64,000 bases of DNA, from NCBI GenBank assembly GCA_040954595.2, contig CM082589.2:2926113-2990112 (forward strand), read 5' to 3'. This DNA is from Balanoglossus misakiensis. Taxonomy: Eukaryota; Animalia; Hemichordata. Below are positions 53,801 through 64,000 of the stretch, in pieces (within the stretch, counting starts at the first letter, position 1; every line of letters begins with the position of its first letter). The position numbers and the translations under genes are program-made. The notes beneath the pieces were generated by a model that worked only from the letters and a program-made list of their open reading frames with translations, searched no databases and was not told where the DNA came from.

Positions 53801-56800
53801 TTTTTATCAAAAAATGACCAAATTTTGAAAATTCGCGAAGTCGAAAAATCGTCGATTCTGGACGATTTTCATGGGCTATAACCCATGGTTTTTATCAAAA
53901 AATGACCAAATTTTGAAAATTCGCGAAGTCGAAAAATCGTCGATTCTGGACGATTTTCATGGGCTATAACCCATGGTTTTTATCAAAAAATGACCAAATT
54001 TTGAAAATTCGCGAAGTCGAAAAATCGTCGATTCTGGACGATTTTCATGGGCTATAACCCATGGTTTTTATCAAAAAATGACCAAATTTTGAAAATTCGC
54101 GAAGTCGAAAAATCGTCGATTCTGGACGATTTTCATGGGCTATAACCCATGGTTTTTATCAAAAAATGACCAAATTTTGGAAATTCGCGAAGTCGAAAAA
54201 TCGTCGATTCTGGACGATTTTCATGGGCTATAACCCATGGTTTTTATCAAAAAATGACCAAATTTTGAAAATTCGCGAAGTCGAAAAATCGTCGATTCTG
54301 GACGATTTTCATGGGCTATAACCCATGGTTTTTATCAAAAAATGACCAAATTTTGAAAATTCGCGAAGTCGAAAAATCGTCGATTCTGGACGATTTTCAT
54401 GGGCTATAACCCATGGTTTTTATCAAAAAATGACCAAATTTTGGAAATTCGCGAAGTCGAAAATCGTCGATTCTGGACGATTTTCATGGGCTATAACCCA
54501 TGGTTTTTATCAAAAAATGACCAAATTTTGAAAATTCGCGAAGTCGAAAAATCGTCGATTCTGGACGATTTTCATGGGCTATAACCCATGGTTTTTATCA
54601 AAAAATGACCAAATTTTGAAAATTCGCGAAGTCGAAAAATCGTCGATTCTGGACGATTTTCATGGGCTATAACCCATGGTTTTTATCAAAAAATGACCAA
54701 ATTTTGAAAATTCGCGAAGTCGAAAAATCGTCGATTCTGGACGATTTTCATGGGCTATAACCCATGGTTTTTATCAAAAAATGACCAAATTTTGAAAATT
54801 CGCGAAGTCGAAAAATCGTCGATTCTGGACGATTTTCATGGGCTATAACCCATGGTTTTTATCAAAAAATGACCAAATTTTGAAAATTCGCGAAGTCGAA
54901 AAATCGTCGATTCTGGACGATTTTCATGGGCTATAACCCATGGTTTTTATCAAAAAATGACCAAATTTTGAAAATTCGCGAAGTCGAAAAATCGTCGATT
55001 CTGGACGATTTTCATGGGCTATAACCCATGGTTTTTAGCAAAAAATGACCAAATTTTGAAAATTCGCGAAGTCGAAAATCGTCGATTCTGGACGATTTTC
55101 ATGGGCTATAACCCATGGTTTTTATCAAAAAATGACCAAATTTTGAAAATTCGCGAAGTCGAAAAATCGTCGATTCTGGACGATTTTCATGGGCTATAAC
55201 CCATGGTTTTTAGCAAAAAATGACCAAATTTTGAAAATTCGCGAAGTCGAAAAATCGTCGATTCTGGACGATTTTCATGGGCTATAACCCATGGTTTTTA
55301 TCAAAAAATGACCAAATTTTGAAAATTCGCGAAGTCGAAAAATCGTCGATTCTGGACGATTTTCATGGGCTATAACCCATGGTTTTTATCAAAAAATGAC
55401 CAAATTTTGAAAATTCGCGAAGTCGAAAAATCGTCGATTCTGGACGATTTTCATGGGCTATAACCCATGGTTTTTATCAAAAAATGACCAAATTTTGAAA
55501 ATTCGCGAAGTCGAAAAATCGTCGATTCTGGACGATTTTCATGGGCTATAACCCATGGTTTTTATCAAAAAATGACCAAATTTTGAAAATTCGCGAAGTC
55601 GAAAAATCGTCGATTCTGGACGATTTTCATGGGCTATAACCCATGGTTTTTATCAAAAAATGACCAAATTTTGAAAATTCGCGAAGTCGAAAAATCGTCG
55701 ATTCTGGACGATTTTCATGGGCTATAACCCATGGTTTTTATCAAAAAATGACCAAATTTTGAAAATTCGCGAAGTCGAAAAATCGTCGATTCTGGACGAT
55801 TTTCATGGGCTATAACCCATGGTTTTTATCAAAAAATGACCAAATTTTGAAAATTCGCGAAGTCGAAAAATCGTCGATTCTGGACGATTTTCATGGGCTA
55901 TAACCCATGGTTTTTATCAAAAAATGACCAAATTTTGAAAATTCGCGAAGTCGAAAATCGTCGATTCTGGACGATTTTCATGGTCTATAACCCATGGTTT
56001 TTATCAAAAAATGACCAAATTTTGAAAATTCGCGAAGTCGAAAAATCGTCGATTCTGGACGATTTTCATGGGCTATAACCCATGGTTTTTATCAAAAAAT
56101 GACCAAATTTTGAAAATTCGCGAAGTCGAAAAATCGTCGATTCTGGACGATTTTCATGGGCTATAACCCATGGTTTTTATCAAAAAATGACCAAATTTTG
56201 AAAATTCGCGAAGTCGAAAAATCGTCGATTCTGGACGATTTTCATGGGCTATAACCCATGGTTTTTATCAAAAAATGACCAAATTTGAAAATTCGCGAAG
56301 TCGAAAAATCGTCGATTCTGGACGATTTTCATGGGCTATAACCCATGGTTTTTATCAAAAAATGACCAAATTTTGAAAATTCGCGAAGTCGAAAAATCGT
56401 CGATTCTGGACGATTTTCATGGGCTATAACCCATGGTTTTTATCAAAAAATGACCAAATTTTGAAAATTCGCGAAGTCGAAAAATCGTCGATTCTGGACG
56501 ATTTTCATGGGCTATAACCCATGGTTTTTATCAAAAAATGACCAAATTTTGAAAATTCGCGAAGTCGAAAAATCGTCGATTCTGGACGATTTTCATGGGC
56601 TATAACCCATGGTTTTTATCAAAAAATGACCAAATTTTGAAAATTCGCGAAGTCGAAAAATCGTCGATTCTGGACGATTTTCATGGGCTATAACCCATGG
56701 TTTTTATCAAAAAATGACCAAATTTTGAAAATTCGCGAAGTCGAAAAATCGTCGATTCTGGACGATTTTCATGGGCTATAACCCATGGTTTTTATCAAAA

Positions 56801-59800
56801 AATGACCAAATTTTGAAAATTCGCGAAGTCGAAAAATCGTCGATTCTGGACGATTTTCATGGGCTATAACCCATGGTTTTTATCAAAAAATGACCAAATT
56901 TTGAAAATTCGCGAAGTCGAAAAATCGTCGATTCTGGACGATTTTCATGGTCTATAACCCATGGTTTTTATCAAAAAATGACCAAATTTTGAAAATTCGC
57001 GAAGTCGAAAAATCGTCGATTCTGGACGATTTTCATGGGCTATAACCCATGGTTTTTATCAAAAAATGACCAAATTTTGAAAATTCGCGAAGTCGAAAAA
57101 TCGTCGATTCTGGACGATTTTCATGGGCTATAACCCATGGTTTTTATCAAAAAATGACCAAATTTTGAAAATTCGCGAAGTCGAAAAATCGTCGATTCTG
57201 GACGATTTTCATGGGCTATAACCCATGGTTTTTATCAAAAAATGACCAAATTTTGAAAATTCGCGAAGTCGAAAAATCGTCGATTCTGGACGATTTTCAT
57301 GGGCTATAACCCATGGTTTTTATCAAAAAATGACCAAATTTTGAAAATTCGCGAAGTCGAAAAATCGTCGATTCTGGACGATTTTCATGGGCTATAACCC
57401 ATGGTTTTTATCAAAAAATGACCAAATTTTGAAAATTCGCGAAGTCGAAAAATCGTCGATTCTGGACGATTTTCATGGGCTATAACCCATGGTTTTTATC
57501 AAAAAATGACCAAATTTTGAAAATTCGCGAAGTCGAAAAATCGTCGATTCTGGACGATTTTCATGGGCTATAACCCATGGTTTTTATCAAAAAATGACCA
57601 AATTTTGAAAATTCGCGAAGTCGAAAAATCGTCGATTCTGGACGATTTTCATGGGCTATAACCCATGGTTTTTATCAAAAAATGACCAAATTTTGAAAAT
57701 TCGCGAAGTCGAAAAATCGTCGATTCTGGACGATTTTCATGGGCTATAACCCATGGTTTTTATCAAAAAATGACCAAATTTTGAAAATTCGCGAAGTCGA
57801 AAAATCGTCGATTCTGGACGATTTTCATGGGCTATAACCCATGGTTTTTATCAAAAAATGACCAAATTTTGAAAATTCGCGAAGTCGAAAAATCGTCGAT
57901 TCTGGACGATTTTCATGGGCTATAACCCATGGTTTTTATCAAAAAATGACCAAATTTTGAAAATTCGCGAAGTCGAAAAATCGTCGATTCTGGACGATTT
58001 TCATGGGCTATAACCCATGGTTTTTATCAAAAAATGACCAAATTTTGAAAATTCGCGAAGTCGAAAAATCGTCGATTCTGGACGATTTTCATGGGCTATA
58101 ACCCATGGTTTTTATCAAAAAATGACCAAATTTTGAAAATTCGCGAAGTCGAAAAATCGTCGATTCTGGACGATTTTCATGGGCTATAACCCATGGTTTT
58201 TATCAAAAAATGACCAAATTTTGAAAATTCGCGAAGTCGAAAAATCGTCGATTCTGGACGATTTTCATGGGCTATAACCCATGGTTTTTATCAAAAAATG
58301 ACCAAATTTTGAAAATTCGCGAAGTCGAAAAATCGTCGATTCTGGACGATTTTCATGGGCTATAACCCATGGTTTTTATCAAAAAATGACCAAATTTTGA
58401 AAATTCGCGAAGTCGAAAAATCGTCGATTCTGGACGATTTTCATGGCTATAACCCATGGTTTTTATCAAAAAATGACCAAATTTTGAAAATTCGCGAAGT
58501 CGAAAAATCGTCGATTCTGGACGATTTTCATGGGCTATAACCCATGGTTTTTATCAAAAAATGACCAAATTTTGAAAATTCGCGAAGTCGAAAAATCGTC
58601 GATTCTGGACGATTTTCATGGGCTATAACCCATGGTTTTTATCAAAAAATGACCAAATTTTGAAAATTCGCGAAGTCGAAAAATCGTCGATTCTGGACGA
58701 TTTTCATGGTCTATAACCCATGGTTTTTATCAAAAAATGACCAAATTTTGAAAATTCGCGAAGTCGAAAAATCGTCGATTCTGGACGATTTTCATGGGCT
58801 ATAACCCATGGTTTTTATCAAAAAATGACCAAATTTTGAAAATTCGCGAAGTCGAAAAATCGTCGATTCTGGACGATTTTCATGGGCTATAACCCATGGT
58901 TTTTATCAAAAAATGACCAAATTTTGAAAATTCGCGAAGTCGAAAAATCGTCGATTCTGGACGATTTTCATGGTCTATAACCCATGGTTTTTATCAAAAA
59001 ATGACCAAATTTTGAAAATTCGCGAAGTCGAAAAATCGTCGATTCTGGACGATTTTCATGGGCTATAACCCATGGTTTTTATCAAAAAATGACCAAATTT
59101 TGAAAATTCGCGAAGTCGAAAAATCGTCGATTCTGGACGATTTTCATGGGCTATAACCCATGGTTTTTATCAAAAAATGACCAAATTTGAAAATTCGCGA
59201 AGTCGAAAAATCGTCGATTCTGGACGATTTTCATGGGCTATAACCCATGGTTTTTATCAAAAAATGACCAAATTTTGAAAATTCGCGAAGTCGAAAAATC
59301 GTCGATTCTGGACGATTTTCATGGGCTATAACCCATGGTTTTTATCAAAAAATGACCAAATTTTGAAAATTCGCGAAGTCGAAAAATCGTCGATTCTGGA
59401 CGATTTTCATGGGCTATAACCCATGGTTTTTATCAAAAAATGACCAAATTTTGAAAATTCGCGAAGTCGAAAAATCGTCGATTCTGGACGATTTTCATGG
59501 GCTATAACCCATGGTTTTTATCAAAAAATGACCAAATTTTGAAAATTCGCGAAGTCGAAAAATCGTCGATTCTGGACGATTTTCATGGGCTATAACCCAT
59601 GGTTTTTATCAAAAAATGACCAAATTTTGAAAATTCGCGAAGTCGAAAAATCGTCGATTCTGGACGATTTTCATGGGCTATAACCCATGGTTTTTATCAA
59701 AAAATGACCAAATTTTGAAAATTCGCGAAGTCGAAAAATCGTCGATTCTGGACGATTTTCATGGTCTATAACCCATGGTTTTTATCAAAAAATGACCAAA

Positions 59801-62800
59801 TTTTGAAAATTCGCGAAGTCGAAAAATCGTCGATTCTGGATGATTTTCATGGGCTATAACCCATGGTTTTTATCAAAAAATGACCAAATTTTGAAAATTC
59901 GCGAAGTCGAAAAATCGTCGATTCTGGACGATTTTCATGGGCTATAACCCATGGTTTTTATCAAAAAATGACCAAATTTTGAAAATTCGCGAAGTCGAAA
60001 AATCGTCGATTCTGGACGATTTTCATGGTCTATAACCCATGGTTTTTATCAAAAAATGACCAAATTTTGAAAATTCGCGAAGTCGAAAAATCGTCGATTC
60101 TGGACGATTTTCATGGGCTATAACCCATGGTTTTTATCAAAAAATGACCAAATTTTGAAAATTCGCGAAGTCGAAAAATCGTCGATTCTGGACGATTTTC
60201 ATGGGCTATAACCCATGGTTTTTATCAAAAAATGACCAAATTTTGAAAATTCGCGAAGTCGAAAAATCGTCGATTCTGGACGATTTTCATGGTCTATAAC
60301 CCATGGTTTTTATCAAAAAATGACCAAATTTTGAAAATTCGCGAAGTCGAAAAATCGTCGATTCTGGACGATTTTCATGGGCTATAACCCATGGTTTTTA
60401 TCAAAAAATGACCAAATTTTGAAAATTCGCGAAGTCGAAAAATCGTCGATTCTGGACGATTTTCATGGGCTATAACCCATGGTTTTTATCAAAAAATGAC
60501 CAAATTTTGAAAATTCGCGAAGTCGAAAAATCGTCGATTCTGGACGATTTTCATGGGCTATAACCCATGGTTTTTATCAAAAAATGACCAAATTTTGAAA
60601 ATTCGCGAAGTCGAAAAATCGTCGATTCTGGACGATTTTCATGGGCTATAACCCATGGTTTTTATCAAAAAATGACCAAATTTTGAAAATTCGCGAAGTC
60701 GAAAAATCGTCGATTCTGGACGATTTTCATGGGCTATAACCCATGGTTTTTATCAAAAAATGACCAAATTTTGAAAATTCGCGAAGTCGAAAAATCGTCG
60801 ATTCTGGACGATTTTCATGGGCTATAACCCATGGTTTTTATCAAAAAATGACCAAATTTTGAAAATTCGCGAAGTCGAAAAATCGTCGATTCTGGACGAT
60901 TTTCATGGGCTATAACCCATGGTTTTTATCAAAAAATGACCAAATTTGAAAATTCGCGAAGTCGAAAAATCGTCGATTCTGGACGATTTTCATGGGCTAT
61001 AACCCATGGTTTTTATCAAAAAATGACCAAATTTTGAAAATTCGCGAAGTCGAAAAATCGTCGATTCTGGACGATTTTCATGGGCTATAACCCATGGTTT
61101 TTATCAAAAAATGACCAAATTTTGAAAATTCGCGAAGTCGAAAAATCGTCGATTCTGGACGATTTTCATGGGCTATAACCCATGGTTTTTATCAAAAAAT
61201 GACCAAATTTTGAAAATTCGCGAAGTCGAAAAATCGTCGATTCTGGACGATTTTCATGGGCTATAACCCATGGTTTTTATCAAAAAATGACCAAATTTTG
61301 AAAATTCGCGAAGTCGAAAAATCGTCGATTCTGGACGATTTTCATGGGCTATAACCCATGGTTTTTATCAAAAAATGACCAAATTTTGAAAATTCGCGAA
61401 GTCGAAAAATCGTCGATTCTGGACGATTTTCATGGGCTATAACCCATGGTTTTTATCAAAAAATGACCAAATTTTGAAAATTCGCGAAGTCGAAAAATCG
61501 TCGATTCTGGACGATTTTCATGGTCTATAACCCATGGTTTTTATCAAAAAATGACCAAATTTTGAAAATTCGCGAAGTCGAAAAATCGTCGATTCTGGAC
61601 GATTTTCATGGGCTATAACCCATGGTTTTTAGCAAAAAATGACCAAATTTTGAAAATTCGCGAAGTCGAAAAATCGTCGATTCTGGACGATTTTCATGGG
61701 CTATAACCCATGGTTTTTATCAAAAAATGACCAAATTTTGAAAATTCGCGAAGTCGAAAAATCGTCGATTCTGGACGATTTTCATGGGCTATAACCCATG
61801 GTTTTTATCAAAAAATGACCAAATTTTGAAAATTCGCGAAGTCGAAAAATCGTAGATTCTGGACGATTTTCATGGGCTATAACCCATGGTTTTTATCAAA
61901 AAATGACCAAATTTTGAAAATTCGCGAAGTCGAAAAATCGTCGATTCTGGACGATTTTCATGGGCTATAACCCATGGTTTTTATCAAAAAATGACCAAAT
62001 TTTGAAAATTCGCGAAGTCGAAAAATCGTCGATTCTGGACGATTTTCATGGGCTATAACCCATGGTTTTTATCAAAAAATGACCAAATTTTGAAAATTCG
62101 CGAAGTCGAAAATCGTCGATTCTGGACGATTTTCATGGGCTATAACCCATGGTTTTTATCAAAAAATGACCAAATTTTGAAAATTCGCGAAGTCGAAAAA
62201 TCGTCGATTCTGGACGATTTTCATGGGCTATAACCCATGGTTTTTATCAAAAAATGACCAGATTTTGAAAATTCGCGAAGTCGAAAAATCGTCGATTCTG
62301 GACGATTTTCATGGGCTATAACCCATGGTTTTTATCAAAAAATGACCAGATTTTGAAAATTCGCGAAGTCGAAAAATCGTCGATTCTGGACGATTTTCAT
62401 GGGCTATAACCCATGGTTTTTATCAAAAAATGACCAAATTTTGAAAATTCGCGAAGTCGAAAAATCGTCGATTCTGGACGATTTTCATGGGCTATAACCC
62501 ATGGTTTTTATCAAAAAATGACCAAATTTTGAAAATTCGCGAAGTCGAAAAATCGTCGATTCTGGACGATTTTCATGGGCTATAACCCATGGTTTTTATC
62601 AAAAAATGACCAAATTTTGAAAATTCGCGAAGTCGAAAAATCGTCGATTCTGGACGATTTTCATGGGCTATAACCCATGGTTTTTATCAAAAAATGACCA
62701 GATTTTGAAAATTCGCGAAGTCGAAAAATCGTCGATTCTGGACGATTTTCATGGGCTATAACCCATGGTTTTTATCAAAAAATGACCAGATTTTGAAAAT

Positions 62801-64000
62801 TCGCGAAGTCGAAAAATCGTCGATTCTGGACGATTTTCATGGGCTATAACCCCATGGTTTTTATCAAGAAATGACCAGATTTTGAAAATTCGCGAAGTCG
62901 AAAAATCGTCGATTCTGGACGATTTTCATGGGCTATAACCCATGGTTTTTATGAAAAAATGACCACATTTTGAAAATTCGCGAAGTCGAAAAATCGTCGA
63001 TTCTGGACAATTTTCATGGGCTATTACCCATGGTTTTTATGAAAAAATGACCAGATTTTGAAAATTCGCGAAGTCGAAAAATCGTCGATTCAGGACGATT
63101 TTCATGGGCTATAACCCATGGTATTTATCAAGAAATGACCAGATTTTGAAAATTCGCGAAGTCGAAAAATCGTCGATTCAGGACGATTTTCATGGGCTAT
63201 AACCCATGGTATTTATCAAGAAATGACCAGATTTTGAAAATTCGCGAAGTCGAAAAATCGTCGATTCTGGACGATTTTCATGGGCTATAACCCATGGTTT
63301 TTATCAAAAAATGACCAGATTTTGGAAATTCGCGAAGTCGAAAAATCGTCGATTCTGACGATTTTCATGGGCTATAACCCATGGTTTTTATCAAAAAATG
63401 ACCAGATTTTGAAAATTCGCGAAGTCGAAAAATCGTCGATTCTGGACGATTTTCATGGGCTATAACCCATGGTTTTTATCAAGAAATGACCAGATTTTGA
63501 AAATTCGCGAAGTCGAAAAATCGTCGATTCTGGACGATTTTCATGGGCTATAACCCATGGTTTTTATCAAAAAATGACCAGAATTTTGAAAATTCGCGAA
63601 GTCGAAAAATCGTCGATTCTGGACGATTTCATGGGCTATAACCCATGGTTTTTATCAAGAAATGACCAAATTTTGAAATTCGCGAAGTCGAAAAATCGTC
63701 GATTCTGGACGATTTTCATGGGCTATAACCCATGGTTTTTATCAAGAAATGACCAAATTTTGAAAATTTGCGAAGTCGAAAAATCGTCGATTCTGGACGA
63801 TTTCATGGGCTATAGCCCATGGTTTTTCTCAAGAAATGACCAAATTTTGAAAATTCGCGAAGTCGAAAAATCGTCGATTCTGGACGATTTTCATGGGCTA
63901 TAACCCATGGTTTTTCTCAAGAAATGACCAAATTTGAAATTCGCGAAGTCGAAAAATCGTCGATTCTGGACGATTTTCATGGGCTATAACCCATGGTTTT
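44801..64000. repeat. 88-bp tandem satellite array, ~218 copies, runs off the window end
   Basis: Consensus ATGGGCTATAACCCATGGTTTTTATCAAAAAATGACCAAATTTTGAAAATTCGCGAAGTCGAAAAATCGTCGATTCTGGACGATTTTC. Period 88 (monomer starts at 44811, 44899, ...), head-to-tail, ~35% GC, mostly 0-2 differences per copy. Confidence 0.99.

Noticed and set aside
48506-63903. Repeated MGYNPWFLSKNDQILK... ORFs as a repeat protein
   Set aside because: 88 is not a multiple of 3 and stops occur on both strands. ORFs pass the length cutoff only where 1-bp indels occur, and these may be homopolymer sequencing errors.
44801-64000. CRISPR array (regularly spaced palindromic repeats)
   Set aside because: No unique spacers: the entire 88-bp unit repeats. 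No cas genes, and the context is eukaryotic with spliceosomal introns.

Overview
Eukaryotic (invertebrate animal, probably deuterostome-like) genomic DNA. Positions 1-~44 kb hold the 3' part of a TFAP2 (AP-2) transcription factor gene on the + strand. Three spliced coding exons (21800-21918, 40075-40216, 40597-40921) encode the basic region and helix-span-helix domain, separated by an 18,156-bp and a 380-bp intron. The preceding exon was not found in 1-21799, so that intron is >21.8 kb. The introns contain microsatellites, decayed repeats and clusters of transcription-factor motifs. A likely 3' UTR runs to about 43.5 kb and is followed by an NRF1-type promoter-like patch and a possible exon. 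From 44801 to the window end is a very homogeneous 88-bp satellite (~218 copies) whose monomer is almost fully tiled by short palindromes. Most interesting: the satellite's architecture and layered variants, its possible position inside the intron of a downstream transcript, a duplicated or recursive splice donor after the basic-region exon, an AP-2 site cluster inside the gene itself, and strand-biased poly-C runs. Nearly all ORFs in the supplied track are spurious.
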